A stretch of 63,816 nt of DNA, filler included, from Collodictyon triciliatum (taxonomy: Eukaryota): assembly GCA_043381765.1 (NCBI GenBank). It is 4 parts of 4 records of this genome, joined end to end, with 100 filler letters (N's around TTAATTAATTAA, not from the genome) between each part and the next. Parts side by side here need not be neighbours in the genome. Positions count along the whole stretch, not along the records: positions 1 to 29,030 come from JBHJMP010000885.1; 3 more parts are not named here. One strand, 5' to 3'. The notes under the pieces were generated by a model. It did not search any database and was not told where the DNA came from. It worked only from the letters and a program-made list of their open reading frames with translations. Made by a program: the position numbers and the translations under genes. Shown one piece after another: positions 12,556-25,360 of this stretch; positions within the stretch are counted from its first letter, which is position 1, and every line of letters starts with the position of its first letter.

Positions 12556-14106
12556 ATGGACCAAACGACCTCCCCGACTTGCATCTACGTTTTGGCTTCA
12601 TGTGCCCATCTAGATAATGCTCTCCCGAAGGACAAGAGGATACATAGCGACTCTCTATGCAACGCACCGAGTGCCGGGGCTCTCCGTGAAAATAAGTCCC
12701 CTAACCTCACCATTGTGATTGAATCCTTGAACAGCGATACAAGCCTGAAAATCCAACTGGCTGATTCCTCGGGGAAAGCGATACCACACGGAATGTTTCT
12801 AAGGAACGGACGTAGCACCTCGGTAAGATGTAGCTTTCCTTTCTTTTTCTTCGTTTTTTTTTCTCCTTTTCGGATTGAGGATCAAATCAGCCACAGCCTA
12901 AAACCAAAAACTGACATACCTTCATATAAACAGCAGATATGTTCTAATATACTTCCGCACACACCGAACTTCCATGTCATCAAGAACTTTGGCATCTGCA
13001 AAACCAGTTGCGATGTCTATAAGTGCAATATTCGTGACTTGAGCGCAGGCGAAGTCGGACTTTTTCATCTGAAGGTTATCGTGTTGAACCTATATGATGA
13101 GCGAGTATTCTACGTGATGCCACATTATTCGTTTTCCAAGCTTGATTCAAAATCCAAAGCCATCTCAGGTCTCCGCCAAATGCGGGAGAGTTTTCTTGAT
13201 AGCTTCAATTTCCCTTACACTACTCGCATCACGGACGACCCACGCAAACCTCAGAGTCACCGCATCCATCCCAACAAACGCAATAATCGCTCAAGTCTAT
13301 GTGTCTGCTATGAGTTTGGTGAGTTTGATATTAAAATGTATTTTTTTCTTGCTGTAAATGATGTATTTCCTAACCAAACCAGACTCACACTTTCTCATGA
13401 CCACATACTTAACCGTACCGAGTGCAGAATCCTATGTACCAAGCTCACAGCTACCCACAGCAACGGTACAATCAGCTTTCACGAGCGCAGAATCGCACAT
13501 CCCAGCCTCATTTGCAGAGAATTCTGATACAACGACCAACCTTCTATCGCCACATTCGAACCTTTTTTCTCAGGTGAGCAAGAGTCTGATTCCTTCGAAG
13601 GATTGCCTCAGTGTGAACAAAACCACTTCATCTCGCGCGACCTTGCCATGCGCTTAACTGAAGAATCCTCTACCAGCTCTATAAGCGGTTCGTTGGAGCC
13701 TTTCCACCATGACCACCTCGCCCAGGATGCCAACCCAGCCGATAATCCGGAATTAGCACCTTATACGGAAGATACAAAATTTTATACAATGGGTGAGATA
13801 TATGAATTGTTAAACAATCAAAACTATCATGATAGCGAATTGATTCCGGTATAGCCGTATAGAACTACGTTCCATTCAACAAGCATACTATATATGCTGT
13901 GTTTTGCAGTCTATCCAGCTCATAACCATACCCGCAACCCCCCTTGCTTCACTCTATACCCATCACTCCAATCCAGGCAACCGCAACCTGGTTGGACGTA
14001 CGATGAAAATCCACCTTGCTTTCTCCCCCACCCGCCATCATCTACCACACCTCCAGGACGCTTGGCATGCTCAGCGCCCATCGTCAACAAAGAGATTGAG
14101 GAATGA
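12556..14106 (+). CDS. Hypothetical protein: beta-rich N-terminal domain resembling Runt/p53-like DNA-binding folds, plus S/T/P-rich C-terminus (3' end uncertain)
   Basis: 323-aa ORF with an in-frame GT-AG intron at about 12823-12936. Motifs LRENKSPNLTIV, FLRNG, NFGICKTS, GLFHLKVIV, TTRITDDPRKPQSHR. Downstream exons are low complexity. Confidence 0.55.
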
Positions 14107-14777
14107 TAATAATAATAATAAAAATAAAAAAAAAACAAATAGAAGAGGATTTTCGGAGAGCCTCAAGCCATTAGTCGATATTATTCACCCATAACCGTGA
14201 GTGCGCGTAGAAACAAGTGAAAGGAATTAAGCCATTTGCAAAGCCTACTTGGATTTTTTTTTTCATAGAATATGGCATGTATATCGGGAATTGTGGGGTG
14301 TTGAGCGTGTTTTACTGTATTCGGTTCTTCAGAAAAAGGAAAAAGGTGTCGGAGCTCCGTGTGAGATGGGGCGACGTGAGCGGCATTCTTTATTTTTCGA
14401 GACGGCTGTGGTTGGGGGTTGGATTCGTAAGGTGGTTTATCGCTGCATTTTTCGGCGGTGCGAAGCTCCCATCCTTTTGGGATATGTCTGACTCTTGAAA
14501 AAATAAAGTATGTTTCCATGTTGAAAGTATGTTGAAATATCACCTAGCCCTCCTAGGTTCACAAATCATTGGTGGGGAGGGTACATCCGCCTTTCCGTTT
14601 TGCTGTCAAGACCCGGATGACGTCAAAAGCTCCACATAACAAAGTAATACGCGAATGCGTTCTGGTGTCAAACACAGGCTTTGAGACTCCGCCCAGCAGC
14701 AGAGACGTGCTATATTTATTTTCCGCAAAAAGGAACATAGTGAATCATGCCAAAATTGATTAAAATCCACTTTTGTC

Positions 14778-17700
14778 ATGAATAAGCAGCGTCCTCATCC
14801 GGCCATTCACGGTACACTGCCACACAGACCACAGCGCCAGATGCACATAAATGGGCTTTTTTTAGTTGTGGTTTTAATCGGGCTGTCCGTGCTTTGGGAA
14901 GTCAAAGCATCGCTCAGAACACTCGCCGTAAAACAAGAGACAGGCGAGGCCACCACCAACCTTATCAGCTGCGCACACTCGCCAAGTTTCATCAAAGAGA
15001 CAGTCATCCAAACACTTTTTTCTTTCCATTGCCCACTGATCATTTATTCCGTCGTTCAATATTCTTTATACTTTTTTTTAGAAGAAAAGCGCTTGTTGGC
15101 TGCTGTTGCAAAAGACACGAGGTGGAATGACGCCGGGCAAAGAAACCCGAGAGGAGATCGATCGGGTGAGTAGTTTGGGTGGGAACCCCGCATTGAAGCC
15201 AGAGAGGCAAACTAAGTTGTGTGTAGTCGAAATCATTACTTGAGCGTCGCACAGAGACAATATGAGAAGAATGAAGGAACAGGACTCCCACTAAAGAAAC
15301 CGCTTCGCCAAAGGCACTTCTTAGATGGGTCAACTACCAGCTGGGCAAGATAGAATTGAAGGCAAACAACATATCCTCGGACATGGAGGACGGCTTCTTT
15401 TTGATAATGCTCATGGACATCGTCACAAAAGAGCCCGTCAAAGACTATCACTCGCGGCTGTTTGCGTGAGCACTTATCCTGCTCCATTGAAAATCTACCG
15501 TAGCAAACTGTGTACTTGTAGTGCTCTAAAGGATGTATCATGAAGTCTGTGGATTGCACTGCCACAGAACAAATTCCTGTTTTTCCACGGCCAATTCTAT
15601 TTCTGCTTCTATTTCCATATTCTAACTCTAAGTCTATTTTTTTTTTAACAGAGACTCGCCCATACAAAACGAGATTTTGGTTCAAGAAAACCAACAGACG
15701 TTTCGTGTAAATCTTGCTTCAAGACTTGGAGAGCACCAAAGCGAGGAATCTTTATTCGTCATGACAAAGGAGTTTAAAGGTGCCATTTTTATTATGTTGC
15801 ATGCGCCATATGATCGATTGAATCCGCCGAGTCTCTGCTCGTGACATACCAGTGGATTGATTCTGCGTATCGGTGATGATTCGCAAATGAATAGATATTG
15901 TAGAGCCTACGTTATGGTTTCTGATTGGAAAAAGCATTCAAAGAAAGGATAAATTTTCGGTTGGTGGATTCTAAAACAAAACAACGTAACATATCACTTT
16001 GAGTAAATGACTCCAGTATTATTAATTTATTTTTTTTTGCGTTCCTCTTCAAGTCAGTAATACTCATCTGTCCACAATTACCAGGAGACCGGCCCAGCTC
16101 GGTATTCAGAAGCAAGAAAGCTCTTTGAAATTGTAAAGGCACCTTTTCCTTTCGATGGTAATTACGCATTTCCTTGTGACAATTCTCTTATCCTTGAGTT
16201 AAGTGCGCTTATGGGAGTGAGCTGATATTTTCCACCCTTCGAAAAGATTTCGAACTTGAGGAAAAAGGGACTATCGTATTGATTCGAACTTGCATTCTCC
16301 TTGATAAGGTATGGCCGAGAATATCTCCTCCTTCATATCATTCTGCATCCGTTTCTATTGATTGGTTATAACTGAATTTTAGATGGAAGCTATCCGTAAT
16401 GAGCAAAAGGAAAAGAGACTACAGAAATGGATTCCTGCACCACAGCGCTATACGACCCCGACACCCTTAGATGTGAAAATATTCGACCAATGTGTTTTGC
16501 GAGTCTTCTTATCATCGACCTTTCGAGATATGCAAAAGGAGCGTGACCATTTTTTCAAGCACGGAGCCGTCGAGTAGAATTCAAATCGATGAATGCATAT
16601 TAAACTAATTTGCTGACCAGATTGTATGGTATTTAGCTTCGAATTTTGCACACACGTATTTTGATAAGTAATTCCTTAATTTTAATTACTCTAGACTAAA
16701 GAAGCTTGCAAAAGCAAGGGGCATCGAACTCGTATTTATCGACCTGCGCTGGGGACTCACGTCTGAGGACAGTAGCGAGGGATGGGCAAGTTATCTGTTT
16801 TGTTATCCCTTTATTTCTGCTTCTTTTCCCTATCGTTCTTTTCAAATATGCAAAAAGGAATGTGATGTTTATTCTCTACCCTCATTCAAATGATGAAGCA
16901 AACATGCGCGCAGGTGGTTATTCGGTGTTTGGATTCTATCAGCAAGTGTCCTTACTTTGTATGCTCTCTGGGAGCTCGGTACGGATGGATTCCTGACCAA
17001 AGCAAAACAGAGTTGAACAAGCATCAAAGATTGGAGGAGCTTCAAAAGACTAAACTAGAGGCCACAATCAACGACTTGTGGGTGGAATGGCGCTCAGAGA
17101 CGAACAAACGCTTTCCTTTTATCGATGGCATCCCGGGACTGAGTGTAACAGAGTATGAGGTATTGCGAAAACAAAGAAGAAAGAATTGCTACCGTCCGTA
17201 ATATCCTGATCAAACCATTTTATTCCGGTGATTGTAGATACAATATGCAGCCTTGATTGATAAGCCTGTTTGCAGCCGAGCATTCTTTTACTTCCGGGAC
17301 GAGGAATACGCAGTTGCAAATGCAGAGGATGAGAAAGAAAGAACGCTATTCAGGGCTGAGAATGAAGAGAGTGTAAGCCATCCAATCAGCCTAGGATATG
17401 CTTGATGACTTCTGAACAAATTAAATTAGCATGTGATCAAATACTTTTTTTTAAAAAAAACACACACACACACAAAATAATGCAAGGCAACAACTATCAT
17501 CTAGAGAAAGAGACAAAACGAACTCAAGGCTAAAGTAGAGACAAAGTATGGTCATGTAGTATACCAAGGGGCCAAGCAGTACTCTGATTTAGTCACAAAC
17601 CACCTTAGTTACGCAATCAACAGAGACTTCTCTAACCGCAAAGTCCTTAATGATTGATTGGAAAGCACCCATATGTATATTGAATACCTTAATGCAAGAC

Positions 17701-20700
17701 TGCCTGATGAGTTCTTTGAATGATTCCTTTATTTCAACTTACTATCCAGGTGAGAGACCCGGAAGACCAAGCTCAGCATCAATTCAAGATGCACCGGTTA
17801 GTAGGATTTGGTGGAAGGAAAGAGCTCCTTAAGCGTATCGTAGACGAGGTTTTCTTTGTCTTTTTTTCCCCTTTTTTCCTTTTTTCTTTCTTTTGTCATA
17901 TGATGTAATGGGAACGAAACCCTTTACAACTCGAAGGATTTATATTCTTGTTAAAGACTTTGAATTAGAAAGCATCGATATCTCTATGCGATCTACTTAA
18001 TGTGATTAAAATTTTTTCGAGTGCAGACCTTCGAGCAGTTGGATGAAGATAACAAAAAAATCACTGTTTTGGCAGCTGAATCAGGAATAGGAAAGTCGTC
18101 GTTGATGGCTGCTACTGTTCGAGACTTAGAAGGACTGACCCATCCGAACCTCCATGTATTCTACCATTTTGTTGGATGTACAAATCTCAGCAATTATGTT
18201 GAAAGGTAAGACAGTCAGAGAAACAACAATGTTCTTTGCGTTAAATGAATGGTTGCAACACGAAGCTTCTTCAGCGTGCAGCACATAACAGAAGCGAATC
18301 CTCTTGAATACATCGATAGAGAAAACACACAAAATAGGCAGTTAATCGTGTCATTTTGATGATATTTTTCTTCGTATGTTAGTATCTCGATACGATTCTG
18401 GGGATTGGTATCAAGTGCTGAGAATTCACTTGCTGGAGAAGGGAGAGGGGAAGCAGGTGAGTATTTCAAAAGGCGAAGAAGAGAACTCTTCACAAGAAAT
18501 AGCCATAGATATGAGAGGCCCTTCTGATACGCGAATGTGATAAATAATGGAATTACATATTGTTTAGTATTTAAATGAGTCAAAATAACATACTCTTAAT
18601 GATTTGGCAGAATTTGCAAAAGAGGGAATCCAGGGACTGTTTAATGCTCTATCTGAAAAGAACAGGTGTGTCCAACCACAAGTTCTAAACCTAATATGCA
18701 TGGCTCAATTCTTGAAGAATATTTTTAATTGTCTAGTTCGTCTTTGAATGATTCTAAAGAAGGATTGAAATTTATCTGTACCATACAGAACCAAGAGTAC
18801 CCGATTTGTATTTATGGTTGACGCCATTAATCAAATCTTGCCGTCCCAAGACACACCGGTTCCTCATCTCCTTAACTGGTTTCCCAAAAAAGCACCAAAA
18901 AACATCGCCTTGATAGTCTCAACTATCGACACCCACCAGTCATGCCAGGTTCGAGCTAGAAAGCAACTGAAAACTTATATTTTTAAATCATCTGATAGCT
19001 TGGGCCATTTTTTTTCAAGTTTCTTACTCGATGGATGCAGGTTGCCAAAAGCAGTGGGCTAGATGTCATTCCGGTGACAAAGTTGACTGAGGGAGAGATT
19101 CTGGAGAGCGCAACATCATTCTTGCATAGATATGACAAAACCTTAAGTGAAGTACAATTGAGGATGATACTTGCAGACCAGCAAGACACAGGTATATTTT
19201 GATTTTGATTTTGATTTTGATTTTGATTTTGATTTTGATTTTGATTTTGATTTTGATTTTGATTTTGATTTTGATTTTGATTTTGATTTTGATTTTGATT
19301 TTGATTTTGATAATATCTTTCCCCTCTGTTTTATTCTCAATTGCCACTTTATTTGGTTTTCTTACCATTCTTAAAATTTCCCATTTCACTTATTTTCTCA
19401 ATCCTGAATGCTCATCGCTATTTCCACAAGGCCATCCGTTATACTTGCGTATTGTGCTGGACGAGATACGAGTTTTTGGAGTGTTTGAAAGACTTGAAGA
19501 GGAGCTCAACACCCTATTGTCCACCTCGGGCGTCATCGACCTCTACACACTGATCATTAATCGATGGCAGCAAAAATACAACATCAAAGGTATTGAATAA
19601 ACCAATCCATTCACATTTCCGATGGTGAAACAGGAATACCATGGCATGAATCTGTGTAAGATGTAGGCTGTACTTTATTCGCTTCTTTACAATCCATTAT
19701 TGCAAGCCAAGGCATTGAAGCTCATTCTGCCAAAATACAGGGAAGCCCATTGTGGAATCATCCATGAAAGTACTGTACGTCTCTAGAATAGGAATGAACG
19801 AAGGGGACCTGGATAAATATGTTGAAAGCTATGTGGGTCAGGAATTTGAACTAGCGGAATGGTTTGCCTCTACTCAAATCCAAAAGTATTTTCTCATTTT
19901 TACTTTCATTAACCTATTATCCTCATAGGAAATCCTTTTTCTTTACACTCGTAGAGTCCTTGTTTGTTCGGAATGGAAGGTTTTTCTTTTCTTCAAATAC
20001 CGAAGTGAAAAGATGTTTCTAAAATGTTGGTTGAAAAAAAAAAGATATCTGTATTTTGGATGAATTCACCATGGCAATCAGGTGGTGAACACTGACCAAA
20101 CTTTGACGCATATATATTGCAATAGGTACATGTATTTCCACCAGTTGCTTTTGGAAACAACAAACAACTATTTCTTCGAAAGACCCGAATCCAAAATCCA
20201 GACGCACAAGGATTACGGGATGTGGATGTATGGACAATATGCTGACGAAGCCGATGTCGATGAGGAGCTTGTCGCGGAAATATGCTACCAATTAATGCAA
20301 GGCGAATGCTATAACCTGCTTGTCGAATACTTGAAAAATGACCACGTTAGCCGTCCTTTCTTTCTTATTTGCTAATTGAATATATATATTCTTCGTGATT
20401 TTTGTATTAGATGTCAAAGTCATGAAATGTGCAGGTTGTTATTCACATGCTTGGTGGAAGATATCGGTACGAGTTCTTTGGTTGCTGGAGAACCATCAAT
20501 TTGAAAGGGGTAGCCAACTACAAAGACGTATACATCAACAAAGTCAAGGTATCCATCCCATATGATTTAGCATTACAATGTAATGATGGGTGAAAAACGA
20601 TTAAAAAAAAAAAAAAAGGGCACACTCTTCGATGGTTTTGTAACATTTTTGTACTTGTTGAAAACAGTCCCTCGATAAAGTTGGAGATATGCTGGTTGAC

Positions 20701-23700
20701 TTTTTTCTGGAATGTTTCGAAAACTCATATCTTTCATCAGCCATTGTCCAACGCATAGCCAAGAGACGCACCGAGGGTGACATTTCCTTTCCTTTCCTTT
20801 CCTTTCCTTTCCTTTCCTTTCCTTTCCTTTCCTTTCCTTTCCTTTCCTTTCCTTTCCTTTCCTTTCCTTTCCTTTCCTTTCCTTTCCTTTCCTTTCCTTT
20901 CTTTTTTTCTTTTTTTCTTTTTTTCTTTTTTTCTTTTTGTTTTCTTCTTTTCTTGTTTTCTTGTTTCAGTTTTCTTTTTTTTCTTTTTTTAAAAAAAGTG
21001 GCATCATTTTAAGATTTTCTAAATTGATTCTGACCTCCATCTACGCGAAACAGATTCGAAGTTCTCAGACTATCAAACGCTTGGACGTGTTTACAAAAAT
21101 TTGCAAAGGTGAAAATAGCTAACATGAACAATCTTTGAGTGCAATTATCGGTTGATGCTAATAATATCACTTCATGCACCAGCTGGGATGAGTCGATGCA
21201 ATATTTTCAGAAATGCATGAGTATGAGGCGAGGCACATGCCGAGAAGACCTGGACTACATCGCACCCATCCTCGACGAGATTGGATACATATACCAAAAA
21301 GAAAACAGGCATTCAAATACATTGAACTACCAGACATAGTTTGATTATGTTGACCTGCCATACTATTATCATGATTAATTCTTTCTCATTTGAGATAAAT
21401 AAGACAAAATAACATTCCAACACGTGGCAGATTGGAAGATGCTCTGTCGGAGTTTAGAAAGTCCTATGATATTCGAATGCAACTATATGGCGACCAAGAC
21501 TTGCTTATCGCTCAATCAAGAGACCACTTTGGAGATATTTATTTGATTCAAAACAAGTATGTCAAGCTGAGATATGGACACCAGTCAATATTCCATCCAG
21601 GTGAGAATATAGAATAAACCACCTTTATGATATGACAGAGCGGAAGAAGCTGTAGCAGAGTATAAGGCATCGATGGAAATTCGCTCTAAGCGAGTAGGAA
21701 GTGATCACCCGTTGATGGCAACATCGCTTCAAAACCTTGGGCATGTATGCGTCTCAAAGAAAAAGTAAGGCATCTAAGTAAAAGTCGTTTATCAATTTTA
21801 AAAACTCTAATTATGCCAGTCGTCTTTTTGTTAACAATCACTTGGCTTCTATTCCTTAGGTACGACGACTCTTTGGAATACTACGAAAGAGCTAAAAGTC
21901 TTCTAGAAAAGACATTTGGGCAAAGACACCCGTCTGTCGCTATGGCGATGTTGAATAGTGCCGAAGTGCATATCACGACAGGAAAGTAATAAATAATAAA
22001 TCGGAATGAATGCTAATATCATTCAAAGAACTATATTCAATGATCTAAAATCATAACCGAAGGCCAGAATAATTACTTTTTGTCCGAATCTATGAATTAT
22101 TACCGAAGTCAGTTGGAATATCATCTTTGTATTCACTTCTTTTTTCTCAACCAGGAAAATGATGGCCTTAGCGTTACTTAATCAATCTTTGTCGATTTTC
22201 ATCGAAACAATGGGAGAAAACCACCCTAATGTCGTGCTGATATATGAAAAAATCGGAGACATTAATCACGACCTCAAAGAGTAGGATTTGGCTTTTATTC
22301 TTTTAATTCATGCACATATGGATAGAAAAAGAAGCTTACTTCAATTGGATGAAATTTTGACTAGCCTAGTATATATTGGATTTTGTAGATTCAATGTTTC
22401 CTTGGACTCCTACACAAAGACGTTAGAAATCAGAAAGAGAACAATAGGAAACGAGCACCCAGACTATGCAAAATCTCTCGAAAATGTTGGAAGGACAAAC
22501 TTTGAGTTGAAGAGGTAATAATTCTTTTGTTTTATTTGTTTTTAATTAGATTATATAATATTGTGTTACAATTGTTGTAAGGGAATCCTGAGCATGCTAC
22601 ATCTCGTTATTTGCTCAATTTTCTGGTTATTAAAATGGATTTTCTTTTTTTTTTAAAAAAAAAATCACAGAACAGACCAAGTGTTTGACCACTTCCAAGC
22701 GGCGTCGAATATAAGGTCATTAACAAAAACGATATCTTCTTTGAGTTTTGGCCCTCAAATAGATTGCATCACAAGATTTATGAGGGACAAGAAGGGATTT
22801 AAAACTGTCATTCAAAATTACAATGCGCTGATCAACATTTTTGTTCAACGGCATACTCTGGATTTTATCGGAATCAGAAACTCTTGTCTAGAAATTGATG
22901 CTATATTTAGCGAGCAAAATATGCACAAAGAGGCTTTAGCTTTCTGGGATGAGATGAAAGTAAGGTTTGAGAAAGGTCTTGGATGGATTCACGAAAGAAC
23001 CCTCCATGCTTACGATAGACTAGCGTGTCATTCCGGTAAGATTGGATTGAACAAAGAAGCATTTGAGTTTTCCAGATTGGAGTCTTTTCTTAAGGAAAAT
23101 ATTCAAGATTGCCCTGCTGACTTTGAATATAGTCGTGATGCTGTAGTGGATGCTTTGTTTGGGATAGTTTATACTTCAAGGACTGATGAAAGCAAAAGTA
23201 AAGCCGCATCTGAAGCAATCACTCTTCTGAATTTTATGAGAATCTCATTCAAGGGCATGAACCTATCTAACATCCGAATTCCCTACGCAAATATGAGATT
23301 TTCAGTTGTTGATGGCACAGATTTTACCGGTGCAGACCTTGAAGGGGTTAATTTTGGAAACTCGTTGCTAGGAGGGGTCATATTGAACAAAGCTAATATG
23401 CATAACTCTAACGTCGGGTTGTGCAATAATGTATTAACCGGACATCTTGAATCAATTAATAGCATGTGTCACATAATAGGACCAAACGGAGAACGATTGC
23501 TGGCCTCCGGAAGCATGGACAAAACGGTGAGGATTTGGGATATTGCGCTGGGGAGAGCCATTATGAAGCTTGAAGGTCACTCAGACCACGTAAACAGCAT
23601 ATGTCTTACCACGGGGCCGAATAGAGAAAAGTGGCTCGTTTCGGGTAGTAGAGATAAGACCATCATTATTTGGGATATTTTGACGGGCGAGAATCTTCGG

Positions 23701-24495
23701 GTGATTGAAGGCCATTCGGGGTACGTGACAAGTGTGTGCAGTTTTCATGGACCCGAAGGAGACACCCTTATTGTGTCTGGGAGTGAAGACAAAACCATAC
23801 GCATATGGAACCCCATTAGCGGGATGTTGTTGAAATCTTTCGAAACTGTGACACAAAACGTCTACGCAGTGACCAGTATAAATGGACGCGCTGGACAAAC
23901 ATGGATAGCATCAGCGGGACATGATAAGACCATCAGAATTTGGGACTTTGGGACAGGAAACCAACTTCGAGTTTTACGAGGGCACGGAAACTACATCTGG
24001 AGCATATGTTCCATGCAAGGGCCAAACGGGGAGTTATGGTTGGCATCTGCCAGTAATGATAAGACCATAAGAGTTTGGGATGTTGAGAGTGGAGGCCAGA
24101 TTCGTATCTTACAAAATCATACAAACTGGGTAAATACCATATGTAGACTGCCTGGTCAGAACGGAGACACTTGGATTGCGTCTGGCAGTCATGACAAAAC
24201 CGTTCGGCTTTGGAGCGTCACCACTGGGTGCGAGATCAGGATTTATGCTGATTTACCCAGTCCTGTTTACAGCTTATGCCACATACAAGGAAGTAATGGA
24301 GATTCATGGGTAGCTTCTGGAGGACATGATAGCACAATACACCTTTGGGACTATGAATTCAGTGTCACACCAATCGACCAGGCAGAATGGATTGCACCTA
24401 CAGGGGGTATCCAGATACGCGACACTCAGAATCTGAGCGGCTTTAACAAAAGTGTTCTTGGGTCGTTCGGTCTTTCTGAAACAGAGGCCCACTAG
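14778..24495 (+). CDS. NLR-like STAND NTPase: calponin-homology-like domain, DUF4062, NACHT-type P-loop NTPase (NPHP3/TEP1-like), 42-aa TPRs, pentapeptide repeats, 7 WD40 repeats; about 30 introns; start uncertain
   Basis: In-frame spliced model: LLRWVNYQL...SSDMEDGFFLIMLM (CH, 15317-15465); RVFLSSTFRDMQKERD...IDLRWG...CPYFVCSLGARYGWIP (DUF4062); AESGIGKSS (Walker A); FVFMVDAINQ (Walker B); GHPLYLR; six TPR exons 21183-22514; terminal exon 22671-24495 with GADLEGVNFG and GH...SGS.DKTIRIWD repeats. 16383-24495 is well supported; the join to the CH exons is less so. Confidence 0.88.
19196..19311. repeat. (GATTTT)n microsatellite immediately after a splice donor
   Basis: Perfect hexanucleotide run in an intron of the NACHT gene. 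Confidence 0.95.
20783..20901. repeat. (TTTCC)n microsatellite, intronic
   Basis: Perfect pentanucleotide run after the donor at 20777. Confidence 0.95.
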
Positions 24496-25202
24496 AATCC
24501 TCAGAAACACTTTCTTGTTGTCATCAGCATCTGGGCCACACCCAACTTGAGAATCAATAGGAATAAACCGTTCCTCTCACACTTTTTTTTTTCTACTCAT
24601 CCTCTTGCGTGGCGTGTGGCTATGGTCTCGCAACTGTGGCGCAATATTAATCGCCATCACAACTCTTAATGGGAGCAGCTTCGTCCCAACTGGCTTTTTT
24701 CTGTCATAGTTTCAACTGTCTCATTGCACGCACTGCCCTCTGACTTTGACGGTATTGCGCAGCGGTCCTTTTTATTTTATTTTATTTTATTTTTTTTTTG
24801 GGTGTTTGGGTTTTTGGGTTTTTTGAGTTTTTTGAGCTGGCGCCTCTCTCTTGCCTCTTGCTTGGCGAAGGGAACCGGCGAACACATATGTGGAAAATAT
24901 GCGGGGAACATTCGAGAAGGTTGTGGAATCATCGCGAGGGACGGCGCAAAACGAGATTGTATTCGTGTGTTTGTTTGTTTGTGTGTTTGTGGATCGAACG
25001 CTCGTCGGCGAACTCTGCCTGGGTTTGCATGTCTGCAGGAATCTCAACAACCACAACTCATACAAACCCGCTGCGTGTCTCTGCGCTTCGCTGGAGCTGC
25101 CGAGCCAAACAGACTTATTCTCTTTTGTCGAGGCTGGCCGAGAAGAGAGCCTCTTTTTCTTTCTTTTCCACAGAGCTTTTGTATTTCTCATTTTTCTTTA
25201 TG

Positions 25203-25296
<94 letters not shown>
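25203..25296. repeat. (TTA)n microsatellite upstream of the Hsp70-family ATG
   Basis: Perfect trinucleotide run. Confidence 0.95.
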
Positions 25297-25297
<1 letters not shown>

Positions 25298-25360
25298 GCG
25301 AACAACAATCTTGGTGTTGACTCAACATCAGACCCGACAACAGCGTTAATCATCGTCAGC

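Noticed and set aside
14841-15173. Separate small secreted protein MHINGLFLVVVLIGLSVLW...
   Set aside because: The hydrophobic stretch may be intronic T-rich sequence, and the ORF 3' part splices into the CH exon of the NLR-like gene. Not supportable without cDNA.
17201-20556. ATATCCTG (17201) and the GTATCC donor (20549) as U12-type intron signals
   Set aside because: The first is internal to an ordinary GT-AG intron. The second lacks the full RTATCCTT consensus, and no clear U12 branch point is visible.
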